In this document: piece by piece, positions 26,901 to 40,769 of the stretch | How positions within the stretch are numbered: the first letter of the stretch is position 1 | Layout: each line of letters starts with the position of its first letter | Assembly: GCA_965235115.1 (NCBI GenBank) | Contig: OZ249436.1 | Span: 55,182,001 to 55,246,000 of the forward strand | DNA from: Laetmonice hystrix | Lineage: Eukaryota | Direction of reading: 5' to 3' | Length of the DNA stretch: 64,000 nt | Made by a program: the position numbers and the translations under genes | The notes under the pieces: generated by a model | The model's database searches: none | What the model was told of the DNA's origin: nothing | The model's input: the letters and a program-made list of their open reading frames with translations, nothing else

Positions 26901-27601
26901 TGCGATGCTGTCTGCCCTCGAGGAGTGAGGGCAGCGAAGCAATCCAAAGAGTCGTATGTACATGTATACCTGGATATATAGGCCCTACACCAATTAATCC
27001 GACCTTAGCCTATCGACGAGGACCACATTATGAGCCCCCACCCCGCCGCCTACATGCCAGGGTCAGCCAGAGCCCGCTCCCGGCCGACCTCGATCAGTTT
27101 TCATCTGTTCATCAGGACGCTGGGAATAGGTTTCCTATAGCCATGAATACCACCAGCTCATTGCCGACCGGCCTGACTTACATGATGGATGGAAGTCATT
27201 TGGTTGAGTCGTTGGCACCCGAATCTGTGGCGTGTTAATCCCACGATCTGTATGCAGGCCATGCCTCCCCTAACACTGACTGGGGCCAGGCACATGTAGG
27301 GGCAAAGTATATCATCAAACCGAAATTGAAATCAGAGTAGAAAAAGCCAAATTTCATCAGCCATCTGACCCGAGAAGGACGCGTATCTGGACCCTGGAGC
27401 ATGGTTCAAGAAAACTGAGTGGTCTCTGTCTGCCCACGGTAGGGTCGGCCAAAATGGAGACGTCATTGTCCACCGAGAGTGTCCAAGGGTGTTCTGGCTG
27501 AAGGCGTGTGTGGTCAGAATGAAGTGGTCATTGTCCGGTCAGGATGGAGATAGGCCTACATGCATGTGTTACCTTTTCCAGCCGCGGGATTAGAATGGGG
27601 A

Positions 27602-29095
27602 AGTCATTGCCCACCAAGATTGGAGATATATCTTGGTTACTTGTTCTGGCCGAGGGTAAGAATGGAGTCCATGGTCATTGCTCACCAAGATTGGAGATAT
27701 ATCTTGGTTACTTGTTCTGGCCGAGGGTAAGAATGGAGTCCATGGTCATTGCTCACCAAGATTGGAGATAATTATATCTGGTTACTTGTTCTAGCTGAGG
27801 GTAAGAATGGAGTCCATGGTCATTGCCCACCAAGATTGGAGATATATCTTGGTTACTTGTTCTAGCCGAGGGTAAGAATGGAGTCCATGGTCATTGTCCA
27901 CCAAGATTGGAGATATATCTTGGTTACTTGTTCTAGCCGAGGGTAAGAATGGAGTCCATGGTCATTGCCCACCAAGATTGGAGATATATCTTGGTTACTT
28001 GTTCTAGCTGAGGGTAAGAATGGAGTCCATGGTCATTGTCCACCAAGATTGGAGATATATCTTGGTTACTTGTTCTAGCCGAGGGTAAGAATGGAGTCCA
28101 TGGTCATTGCCCACCAAGATTGGAGATATATCTTGGTTACTTGTTCTAGCCGAGGGTAAGAATGGAGTCCATGGTCATTGCCCACCAAGATTGGAGATAT
28201 ATCTTGGTTACTTGTTCTAGCCGAGGTTAAGAATGGAGTCCATGGTCATTGTCCACCAAGATTGGAGATATATCTTGGTTACTTGTTCTAGCCGAGGGTA
28301 AGAATGGAGTCCATGGTCATTGTCCACCAAGATTGGAGATATATCTTGGTTACTTGTTCTAGCCGAGGGTAAGAATGGAGTCCATGGTCATTGTCCACCA
28401 AGATTGGAGATATATCTTGGTTACTTGTTCTAGCCGAGGGTAAGAATGGAGTCCATGGTCATTGTCCACCAAGATTGGAGATATATCTTGGTTACTTGTT
28501 CTAGCCGAGGGTAAGAATGGAGTCCATGGTCATTGCTCACCAAGATTGGAGATATATCTTGGTTACTTGTTCTAGCCGAGGTTAAGAATGGAGTCCATGG
28601 TCATTGCTCACCAAGATTGGAGATATATCTTGGTTACTTGTTCTAGCCGAGGTTAAGAATGGAGTCCATGGTCATTGCCCACCAAGATTGGAGATATATC
28701 TTGGTTACTTGTTCTAGCCGAGGTTAAGAATGGAGTCCATGGTCATTGCTCACCAAGATTGGAGATATATCTTGGTTACTTGTTCTAGCCGAGGTTAAGA
28801 ATGGAGTCCATGGTCATTGCCCACCAAGATTGGAGATATATCTTGGTTACTTGTTCTAGCCGAGGGTAAGAATGGAGTCCATGGTCATTGTCCACCAAGA
28901 TTGGAGATATAGCTTGGTTACTTGTTCTAGCCGAGGGTAAGAATGGAATCCATGGTCATTGCTCACCAAGATTGGAGGGATATATATCTTGGTTACTTGT
29001 TCTAGCCGAGGGTAAGAATGGAGTCCATGGTCATTGTCCACCAAGATTGGAGGGATATATATCTTGGTTACTTGTTCTAGCCGAGGGTAAGAATG
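27602..29095. repeat. 71-bp minisatellite, ~21 copies, with diverged flanking units
   Basis: Unit caccaagattggagatatatcttggttacttgttctagccgagggtaagaatggagtccatggtcattgyc; degenerate units extend to about 27410 and 29380. Confidence 0.95.
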
Positions 29096-30083
29096 GACAG
29101 AGAATGGATAGAGATCGTTCTCTTCATTGAAGCGGACAAGCGGAACAAACCCCTCTGCATTATGGGAGATTGAAGAATGGAGTCCATGGTCATTGTCCAC
29201 CTTGGGCGGAGATGTAGCCTAGGCCTGGTTATTTGTTCTATAGTCGACTGGTCAAAATGAAGTGGTTATTGTTCTCCATGTATGGAGATATATTTCGGTT
29301 AATTGTTCGACCCAAGGAATCAGAATGGATTGGTAATTGTCTGCTAAGTGCGGTGATCTATCTGGGTTACTTGTTCTAGCCAGTGATAGGCCTAGTAGAC
29401 ATGGGCGTTGATACCTGATGCTGTACGAATGGGTGCAGTAATCTTGGCACTGATTCCAGTCGGGTGCTATACAATTTTCTCTTTCCGGAAATTGTAAAAG
29501 TGAACTGGGTTTACGCCTGATAGAGATAGAGTCCCATTATCTCCCCTAAAAATTATCACAATGGAGTGGTGCTTGTCCGCCAAGGGTTGGGATTTAAATT
29601 AGAATGTCATTGTCGGGTGAGGGGGATGATTTGCTTTACCCGAGGATAAGAGTATTAAAATACTAGTATGGGGTAGACCATAATTTATAAAATCGGACCT
29701 AAATGTTTCACATAATGCGTTGCTTCGCGTCAAGTTTTCCATGCGCGTGTGCTGTCGACCCGTATACAGTTTTAGCAAACTTTGAAATGAAGGGGGGGGG
29801 GGGTAATTTTCACTGCATGTACAAATGTTTTCTAAGAATCTAATAGAACAACACCTGCTGTGGTAAGTAACATTCTTTTACTCAATTTTAAATACGCATA
29901 TAATTTATCTATATGTACATTTCCTTTATCCTCAACGCTCTATACGTCATCAGCGGCGCACATCAAGTAAAATATATACCTTTAGCAACCTGGTCAAGTG
30001 TGCTTCTCTTTTCAAACTTAAAGCGGTGGTCAGTCTTAAAGAATCAAAAATTGTCCTTCCTTTGATATGGTATTTTTGTGAGG

Positions 30084-30229
30084 TCACCGCATTGGACTGG
30101 TCAAGAGATTGATATACTCGATGATATATCGGACATACTGAGCCAGGGCTCCGAGAGCAACAGCCGTCCGATGACACTGGCAGCCGTCAGGAAACCGTTT
30201 CTCCTCCCGTTTAAAGCGATCCTTGGCGG
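30084..30229 (-). CDS. C16orf89: UPF0764/C16orf89 homologue, last coding exon
   Basis: (A)AKDRFKREEKRFPDGCQCHRTAVALGALAQYVRYII... resembles the family C-terminus (recalled human RREKQFPDGCSSHNTATAVAAL); acceptor ttccttcaacag, phase 1, ends in TGA. Confidence 0.88.
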
Positions 30230-30739
30230 CTGTTGAAGGAAAGATATGAATGCAAGTCAGTGACAGTGTGTTCGAGGTGGATAGTGGGGGATCCAGGATT
30301 TTGGTTACGGAGGGGTGGGGGCACAAGGATTTTGATAAGGGCCACTGGCTGGGGTTGTCGTTAATCTATATGAGGTGGGTGGGAGGTTTGGGGGGGGGGG
30401 ATTTTGCAAGAATGAGCGTCTGTTGAGTAATTTCTTTTCCTAATCATAAACTGTGGGGTGGATTGGGGGGGGGGCTGTTGATTGGTACATAGAAGAGATA
30501 TGCAGACATGCAGCATTTTGTAAAGTTTCTATTTTAGTTTGATTTAATAGGAAAAAGGAAGACAACAGGACTTCTCCGATCTATAGTGAGATCGAAGCCC
30601 AGTCAATGAGCTTAGCCATGGACCATGCTTGCTTAAATTCAATGCATACCATCATGCCAACCCGAAATAAATATTTGTCATTACCAAATAAAGTTATATT
30701 ACACATAAAGATAATAGTATACGTCAAGGAATGGTATAC

Positions 30740-30859
30740 CCTGAGGGATTGGCTGACTGGTGGATCCCCAGCATCCACGAGGCCACTGCCATCCAAGCAT
30801 CTCTTCCAGCCAGTCGTCTCTGAAGAACTGTCGGTACCCCAGCATGCCGCAGAGAGCCG
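30740..30859 (-). CDS. C16orf89: C16orf89 homologue, internal exon (120 nt)
   Basis: ALCGMLGYRQFFRDDWLEEMLGWQWPRGCWG matches CG..G...F....WL..IL.WQ...GC.G; AG/GT boundaries, phase 1-1. Confidence 0.88.
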
Positions 30860-31650
30860 CTAGCAACAACAAAAACACACGTATTCACGAAAAGAACAGA
30901 TTAGTGGGTAAAAGTGTGGCGTATTGACTCAATTGGGCATGCCCTCTTCTAAAGCAATCCTCTAACGCTTCGTTGAATCGAATATATGTATACAAGGCAA
31001 TTGGATGAGTGAGAGTAATTAACTGTTGACAAGGACCACACTAGGTGGCTCGCCACGAGCGAGCTGCTCGTCACGAAATTCAACTTCCGCTACAACGGAG
31101 GCAGAACCCTGTCAGGGGGGGGGGAGTTCCTGTACACTGACTCATTGCATCAATCACAGCGCTGCCAGGCCCCAAAACTGGTTTTCCGGAACGCAGATAA
31201 CAGTCCTTTAGAAACAGTTTCACGTTATTACACGGGTCTCAACGCTGTACGTCAGAGTCGGCGCTGGATTTAGGAAACAAGTCTGTCTGTGCGTCGTGCC
31301 AGGGGCGGCCTTTCGTGGTCACGTGATGCATGAAACGGGGGGGGGGGGGTTGGCATGTAACGATTTCCATTGCTAATGAAGCAGAAGACGAAATGCTTTG
31401 TCACTTATTTGAACATCTCTGGCATAACATAAGTGGGCCGAAATTATCTAAATACAGACGTGTAGCGATAATATTTTTATGATTCGGACGATATTTCGTA
31501 CACACAGTTGTGTAACATAATTGCCATATACCCCCCCCCCCCCCAATCAGAGATATTTCCAAACTTGCAGCCGTCGTACAGACCGATAGAATGCCAGTCA
31601 ACACGTTGAGAACGCCCCCCCCCGTGTGTCCCTTTAATATTATCTCTTAA

Positions 31651-34600
31651 CATACTGGAGATAATATAACTAGTAATCAACGGACGGCTGTCTCTTCCAC
31701 ACATACGGGAGATAATATAACTAGTAATCAACGGACGGCTGTCTCTTCCACACATACTGGAGATAATATAACTAGTAATCAACGGACGGCTGTCTCTTCC
31801 ACACATACTGGAGATAATATAACTAGTAATCCACGGACGGCTGTCTCTTCCACATATACTGGAGATAATATAACTAGTAATCAACGGACGGCTGTCTCTT
31901 CCACACATACTGGAGATAATATAACTAGTAATCAACGGACGGCTGTCTCTTCCACACATACTGGAGATAATATAACTAGTAATCCACGGACGGCTGTCTC
32001 TTCCACACATACTGGAGATAATATAACTAGTAATCAACGGACGGTTGTCTCTTCCACATATACTGGAGATAATATAACTAGTAATCAACGGACGGCTGTC
32101 TCTTCCACACATACTGGAGATAATATAACTAGTAATCCACGGACGGCTGTCTCTTCCACACATACTGGAGATAATATAACTAGTAATCCACGGACGGCTG
32201 TCTCTTCCACACATACTGGAGATAATATAACTAGTAATCCACGGACGGCTGTCTCTTCCACACATACTGGAGATAATATAACTAGTAACTAGTAATCAAC
32301 GGACGGCTGTCTCTTCCACACATACTGGAGATAATATAACTAGTAATCCACGGACGGCTGTCTCTTCCACATATACTGGAGATAATATAACTAGTAATCA
32401 ACGGACGGCTGTCTCTTCCACACATACTGGAGATAATATAACTAGTAATCAACGGACGGCTGTCTCTTCCACACATACTGGAGATAATATAACTAGTAAC
32501 TAGTAATCAACGGACGGCTGTCTCTTCCACACATACTGGAGATAATATAACTAGTAATCAACGGACGGCTGTCTCTTCCACACATACTGGAGATAATATA
32601 ACTAGTAATCCACGGACGGTTGTCTCTTCCACACATACTGGAGATAATATAACTAGTAATCCACGGACGGCTGTCTCTTCCACACATACTGGAGATAATA
32701 TAACTAGTAATCCACGGACGGCTGTCTCTTCCACACATACTGGAGATAATATAACTAGTAATCAACGGACGGCTGTCTCTTCCACACATACTGGAGATAA
32801 TATAACTAGTAATCAACGGACGGCTGTCTCTTCCACACATACTGGAGATAATATAACTAGTAATCCACGGACGGCTGTCTCTTCCACACATACTGGAGAT
32901 AATATAACTAGTAATCCACGGACGGCTGTCTCTTCCACACATACTGGAGATAATATAACTAGTAACTAGTAATCAACGGACGGATGTCTCTTCCACACAT
33001 ACTGGAGATAAAATAACTAGTAATCCACGGACGGCTGTCTCTTCCACACATACTGGAGATAATATAACTAGTAATCCACGGACGGCTGTCTCTTCCACAC
33101 ATACTGGAGATAATATAACTAGTAATCAAGGGACGGCTGTCTCTTCCACACATACTGGAGATAATATAACTAGTAATCCACGGACGGCTGTCTCTTCCAC
33201 ACATACTGGAGATAATATAACTAGTAATCAAGGGACGGCTGTCTCTTCCACACATACTGGAGATAATATAACTAGTAATCCACGGACGGCTGTCTCTTCC
33301 ACACATACGGGAGATAATATAACTAGTAATCCACGGACGGCTGTCTCTTCCACACATACTGGAGATAATATAACTAGTAACTAGTAATCAACGGACGGCT
33401 GTCTCTTCCACACATACTGGAGATAATATAACTAGTAATCAACGGACGGTTGTCTCTTCCACACATACTGGAGATAATATAACTAGTAATCAACGGACGG
33501 CTGTCTCTTCCACACATACTGGAGATAATATAACTAGTAATCAACGGACGGCTGTCTCTTCCACACATACTGGAGATAATATAACTAGTAATCAACGGAC
33601 GGCTGTCTCTTCCACACATACTGGAGATAATATAACTAGTAATCAACGGATGGCTGTCTCTTCCACACATACTGGAGATAATATAACTAGTAATCAACGG
33701 ACGGCTGTCTCTTCCACACATACTGGAGATAATATAACTAGTAACTAGTAATCAACGGACGGCTGTCTCTTCCACACATACTGGAGATAATATAACTAGT
33801 AATCAAGGGACGGCTATCTCTTCCATACATACTGGAGATAATATAACTAGTAATCCACGGACGGCTGTCTCTTCCACACATACTGGAGATAATATAACTA
33901 GTAATCAACGGACGGCTGTCTCTTCCACACATACTGGAGATAATATAACTAGTAATCAACGGACGGTTGTCTCTTCCACACATACTGGAGATAATATAAC
34001 TAGTAATCAACGGACGGCTGTCTCTTCCACACATACTGGAGATAATATAACTAGTAACTAGTAATCCACGGACGGTTGTCTCTTCCACACATACTGGAGA
34101 TAATATAACTAGTAATCAACGGACGGCTGTCTCTTCCACACATACTGGAGATAATATAACTAGTAACTAGTAATCAACGGACGGCTGTCTCTTCCACACA
34201 TACGGGAGATAATATAACTAGTAATCCACGGACGGCTGTCTCTTCCACACATACTGGAGATAATATAACTAGTAATCAACGGACGGCTGTCTCTTCCACA
34301 CATACTGGAGATAATATAACTAGTAATCAACGGACGGCTGTCTCGTCCACACATACTGGAGATAATATAACTAGTAATCCACGGACGGCTGTCTCTTCCA
34401 CACATACTGGAGATAATATAACTAGTAATCAACGGACGGCTGTCTCTTCCACACATACTGGAGATAATATAACTAGTAATCCACGGACGGCTGTCTCTTC
34501 CACACATACTGGATATAATATAACTAGTAATCAACGGACGGCTGTCTCTTCCACACATACTGGAGATAATATAACTAGTAATCAAGGGACGGCTATCTCT

Positions 34601-37600
34601 TCCATACATACTGGAGATAATATAACTAGTAATCCACGGACGGTTGTCTCTTCCACATATACTGGAGATAATATAACTAGTAATCAACGGACGGCTGTCT
34701 CTTCCACACATACTGGAGATAATATAACTAGTAATCAACGGACGGCTGTCTCTTCCACACATACTGGAGATAATATAACTAGTAATCAACGGACGGATGT
34801 CTCTTCCACACATACTGGAGATAATATAACTAGTAACTAGTAATCAACGGACGGCTGTCTCTTCCACACATACTGGAGATAATATAACTAGTAATCCACG
34901 GACGGCTGTCTCTTCCACATATACTGGAGATAATATAACTAGTAATCCACGGACGGCTGTCTCTTCCACACATACTGGAGATAATATAACTAGTAATCAA
35001 CGGACGGCTGTCTCTTCCACACATACTGGAGATAATATAACTAGTAATCAACGGACGGCTGTCTCTTCCACACATACTGGAGATAATATAACTAGTAATC
35101 CACGGACGGCTGTCTCTTCCACATATACTGGAGATAATATAACTAGTAATCCACGGACGGCTGTCTCTTCCACACATACTGGAGATAATATAACTAGTAA
35201 TCAAGGGACGGCTGTCTCTTCCACACATACTGGAGATAATATAACTAGTAATCAACGGACGGCTGTCTCTTCCACACATACTGGAGATAATATAACTAGT
35301 AATCAACGGACGGCTGTCTCTTCCACACATACTGGAGATAATATAACTAGTAATCCACGGACGGCTGTCTCTTCCACACATACTGGAGATAATATAACTA
35401 GTAATCAACGGACGGCTGTCTCTTCCACACATACTGGAGATAATATAACTAGTAATCCACGGACGGCTGTCTCTTCCACACATACTGGAGATAATATAAC
35501 TAGTAATCAACGGAAGGCTGTCTCTTCCACACATACTGGAGATAATATAACTAGTAATCAACGGAAGGCTGTCTCTTCCACACATACTGGAGATAATATA
35601 ACTAGTAATCAACGGAAGGCTGTCTCTTCCACACATACTGGAGATAATATAACTAGTAATCAACGGACGGCTGTCTCTTCCACACATACTGGAGATAATA
35701 TAACTAGTAACTAGTAATCAACGGACGGCTGTCTCTTCCACACATACTGGATATAATATAACTAGTAATCCACGGACGGCTGTCTCTTCCACACATACTG
35801 GAGATAATATAACTAGTAATCAACGGACGGCTGTCTCTTCCACACATACTGGAGATAATATAACTAGTAATCCACGGACGGCTGTCTCTTCCACATATAC
35901 TGGAGATAATATAACTAGTAATCCACGGACGGCTGTCTCTTCCACACATACTGGAGATAATATAACTAGTAATCAACGGACGGCTGTCTCTTCCACACAT
36001 ACTGGAGATAATATAACTAGTAATCCACGGACGGCTGTCTCTTCCACACATACTGGAGATAATATAACTAGTAATCAACGGACGGCTGTCTCTTCCACAC
36101 ATACTGGAGATAATATAACTAGTAATCCACGGACGGCTGTCTCTTCCACACATACTGGAGATAATATAACTAGTAATCAACGGAAGGCTGTCTCTTCCAC
36201 ACATACTGGAGATAATATAACTAGTAATCAACGGAAGGCTGTCTCTTCCACACATACTGGAGATAATATAACTAGTAATCAACGGAAGGCTGTCTCTTCC
36301 ACACATACTGGAGATAATATAACTAGTAATCAACGGACGGCTGTCTCTTCCACACATACTGGAGATAATATAACTAGTAACTAGTAATCAACGGACGGCT
36401 GTCTCTTCCACACATACTGGAGATAATATAACTAGTAATCCACGGACGGCTGTCTCTTCCACACATACTGGAGATAATATAACTAGTAATCAACGGACGG
36501 CTGTCTCTTCCACACATACTGGAGATAATATAACTAGTAATCCACGGACGGCTGTCTCTTCCACATATACTGGAGATAATATAACTAGTAATCCACGGAC
36601 GGCTGTCTCTTCCACACATACTGGAGATAATATAACTAGTAATCAACGGACGGCTGTCTCTTCCACACATACTGGAGATAATATAACTAGTAATCAACGG
36701 ACGGTTGTCTCTTCCACATATACTGGAGATATATAACTAGTAATCAACGGACGGCTGTCTCTTCCACACATACTGGAGATAATATAACTAGTAATCAACG
36801 GACGGCTGTCTCTTCCACACATACTGGAGATAATATAACTAGTAATCAAGGGACGGCTGTCTCTTCCACACATACTGGAGATAATATAACTAGTAATCAA
36901 GGGACGGCTGTCTCTTCCACACATACTGGAGATAATATAACTAGTAATCCACGGACGGCTGTCTCTTCCACACATACTGGAGATAATATAACTAGTAATC
37001 CACGGACGGCTGTCTCTTCCACACATACTGGAGATAATATAACTAGTAACTAGTAATCAACGGACGGATGTCTCTTCCACACATACTGGAGATAAAATAA
37101 CTAGTAATCAACGGACGGCTGTCTCTTCCACATATACTGGAGATAATATAACTAGTAATCAACGGACGGCTGTCTCTTCCACACATACTGGAGATAATAT
37201 AACTAGTAATCCACGGACGGCTGTCTCTTCCACATATACTGGAGATAATATAACTAGTAATCAACGGAAGGCTGTCTCTTCCACACATACTGGAGATAAT
37301 ATAACTAGTAATCAACGGAAGGCTGTCTCTTCCACACATACTGGAGATAATATAACTAGTAATCAACGGAAGGCTGTCTCTTCCACACATACTGGAGATA
37401 ATATAACTAGTAATCAACGGACGGCTGTCTCTTCCACACATACTGGAGATAATATAACTAGTAACTAGTAATCAACGGACGGCTGTCTCTTCCACACATA
37501 CTGGAGATAATATAACTAGTAATCCACGGACGGCTGTCTCTTCCACACATACTGGAGATAATATAACTAGTAATCAACGGACGGCTGTCTCTTCCACACA

Positions 37601-38420
37601 TACTGGAGATAATATAACTAGTAATCCACGGACGGCTGTCTCTTCCACATATACTGGAGATAATATAACTAGTAATCCACGGACGGCTGTCTCTTCCACA
37701 CATACTGGAGATAATATAACTAGTAATCAACGGACGGCTGTCTCTTCCACACATACTGGAGATAATATAACTAGTAATCAACGGACGGTTGTCTCTTCCA
37801 CATATACTGGAGATAATATAACTAGTAATCAACGGACGGCTGTCTCTTCCACACATACTGGAGATAATATAACTAGTAATCAACGGACGGCTGTCTCTTC
37901 CACACATACTGGAGATAATATAACTAGTAATCAAGGGACGGCTGTCTCTTCCACACATACTGGAGATAATATAACTAGTAATCAAGGGACGGCTGTCTCT
38001 TCCACACATACTGGAGATAATATAACTAGTAATCCACGGACGGCTGTCTCTTCCACACATACTGGAGATAATATAACTAGTAATCCACGGACGGCTGTCT
38101 CTTCCACACATACTGGAGATAATATAACTAGTAACTAGTAATCAACGGACGGATGTCTCTTCCACACATACTGGAGATAAAATAACTAGTAATCAACGGA
38201 CGGCTGTCTCTTCCACATATACTGGAGATAATATAACTAGTAATCAACGGACGGCTGTCTCTTCCACACATACTGGAGATAATATAACTAGTAATCCACG
38301 GACGGCTGTCTCTTCCACATATACTGGAGATAATATAACTAGTAATCAACGGACGGCTGTCTCTTCCACACATACTGGAGATAATATAACTAGTAATCAA
38401 CGGATGGCTGTCTCTTCCAC
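31651..38420. repeat. 51-bp intronic satellite, ~131 copies, with higher-order structure
   Basis: Unit catactggagataatataactagtaatcaacggacggctgtctcttccaca; 13 units carry a 7-bp actagta duplication. Confidence 0.98.
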
Positions 38421-38680
38421 AAAAAGACAAGGAAACATCTCTGTGGTGTGTGGAAGTAAGTTTTTTTTGTTTTTGTAATGAATTATAATGGGACGTGTAG
38501 GGGAGGGGGGCCGTTATCTATTCGTGGATTCTTCTATTGTCCCCATTTTCCATTCATTCCGATCAATGTCAGTTTGATCATTAGCCTCCCGTTCGCGTTC
38601 AGTTTTCTCCGTCCCAATTAATACAAAAATAACATAAAATTCCTCGATTGGAGAGCGGCTGGCAAAGAGCTGATACGTAC

Positions 38681-38819
38681 GAATTTCCATGAAGAAATCC
38701 TGGTCACGGAGAGGCAGTCCCGCCTTGGCGATGTTGGCAGTCTCCACGTACATGTTGGCACAGAAGCCAGCGTTCAGGCGGCTAACCATCGGCACGTCAT
38801 CGGCGGCGAAACAGCCGAA
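38681..38819 (-). CDS. C16orf89: C16orf89 homologue, internal exon (139 nt)
   Basis: FGCFAADDVPMVSRLNAGFCANMYVETANIAKAGLPLRDQDFFMEI matches GC...FCANM...D.FME; acceptor tttgatctttcag, donor GTACGT, phase 0-1. Confidence 0.88.
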
Positions 38820-40769
38820 CTGAAAGATCAAAGACATTGTCCACATTCACTCACTCGATGAAGACTGAAATTGAAAAGCTCTTCCTTTGGGAACAGCAGA
38901 CCTCTCTGTGCAGCGCTTGACGAAAAACAGTTCTCTGGGAAAGGTATTAGAAAGAAAAAAGTAAAAAGCATTCGATGATTGGAATTTGTCTATTCCGTGA
39001 CACGAAGTATATGTCAACCTCCATGAAGAGAAAGCTGCGATAAGGAGAAACACGCGTCTTCATGGGTTCAACTCTAACAAAATCACATCATTAAGGCAAC
39101 AGTATAGAGTCTGTCTTGAATGAAGAAAATCACCTATGTACGATAATGACCACCTGGCTGCTAGGAAATGGGCTGCATATTAGATACTATCGGCATTGCG
39201 CGTGTGTGTGCAGCAAATCAGATCCAGAGTTCATTCTATTTTGGTTGCTAAACTTCGCCATCTTTTCCTTCTTCAATTGTTTAGCGGGACGTCCTTCCAC
39301 GTGAATGCATGGAATGGGCGAGGCTGCTCTGATAGAGGAAACGGATACCCCTTTTAATATTATCTTAAAACTTCATATTTTAAAACTCTGACTTGTTTTC
39401 AAATTTGTTGGGGCGTAGATTAGTTCCAAGATTTGTAGAAAGAGGTGGATCTGATTTTTATCTAATCTTTGATCGAGGTATTTCAGGGTGAAGGCTTTGA
39501 TTGAAGCATTTGAGGATTAAAGTACAGATTAAAGAGGGTAGTTTTGAGAGTTGTGACATACCAAGGGCACAACATCGCACAGACTCGAGTTAGTCTCGTC
39601 GACACGACAGGAACGCTGACGTGGGTGCGCGCGCATTATCATGTAGTGTTTACACACGGCTGCTCACGACAATGATCAATTTCCCAAGGTCAACGAAATG
39701 GGCAACTGGTAAAATTGATGAGATGACATCAATACCTCTGTGGTCCCTTGGTGCAAAAGAAAACCTCATGGTAATCCGCTGGAAGGCCATGGGTTTTAGT
39801 TATCCCAGCATATATCAACTGCCTTCCACTTATCAGCATAACACCGAAAGCCACTCAATTAATGATGTCTCGACCGGCCATCAAACACTCATATGAGCAT
39901 ATGTCACTGTCAACCCACAACGTATAGGCTAAAAATAACACGACTCTTTTAATTCTGACACTCGATAGCCATTGATTTTGAAAATGTTGAAGATCCGACT
40001 TTCTTTGGCCACGGTGCGTGAAAGGCCAAAAGGTTTCGAGTTAGCGCTTCGCCTCAAACATCTCATCACCAACAGACTACGGTTTTTACAAAATTATGTC
40101 GGAAAGTTTGTTCAATTTGAAGGGTTGTCAACTGTGGTAAGACCAATGCTTTAGAGCTAAAGGTTTGTTCTCCCCTGGCGGGCAGAGGCTTACTATTATT
40201 GGTTGCATGGTTAAATTGACAATGCTTCCACTGCATGCCTTCAAGATCAAACCCCAGGTGCAGATCAAGGATTTTAAAAAGAGCTGGAAATCACCGGGAG
40301 AGATGACAAAGGATGATAAGTAATATTGAAAATAAATGGGCGGAAATTCATCTGTGGTCACATCAGCAAACTCCAAGAGATCTGCCTTTGCTGGGAAGCT
40401 CTTAGATCCGAACCTAAACCATGGTATTGCCTCCAGCAGCAGTTGCTTAGACTACTTCCCGGCACCGACAAGTCGTTGCCAAAAGGAAGGTGTTTCTCCT
40501 CTTACGAACGTCTTGTTTACCTGAGAAACCTTTCATCGCATCAATAAAGAAACACCCCGTGAAGATCTACCGGCACTAACCACTTTCGAAATCAACACCC
40601 TTCCTTTGTTTACTTTGTGCTTAGGTCTTCTTCTGGATATATGCCCCTTGTACCATGATGATTATGATAGCCTGAAAAAATGTGAATGTCTGCCTTTTTC
40701 ATCTGTTTCGATGGCGTTTCAAGAAGAACGAAGTACATAAAAGGCCACAGCCATATGCGGGGTTCTTAA

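Noticed and set aside
25680..27400. Possible decayed gene between the two host genes
   Set aside because: No recognisable motif or phase-consistent exon chain found.
27544..29200. LRR-like translation (SLPTKIGDISWLLVL..N) of the 71-bp repeat
   Set aside because: Unit lengths (71, and about 65-68 in the flanks) do not preserve frame and contain stops; the resemblance is probably chance.
31477..38430. MCGRDSRPLITSYIISS repeat ORFs as a protein, or the array as CRISPR
   Set aside because: An artefact of a 51-bp period; repeatedly broken by 7-bp insertions; no unique spacers and no cas genes; eukaryotic intron.
31630..39366. Direct repeat tttaatattatct at about 31633 and 39353 as a TSD
   Set aside because: AT-rich, brackets a conserved host exon, and has no associated TIRs.
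39950..40620. Coding-like segment with faint MULE-like words (DFESG, GCFF)
   Set aside because: Multiple stops and incorrect motif spacing; cannot be supported without a profile search.
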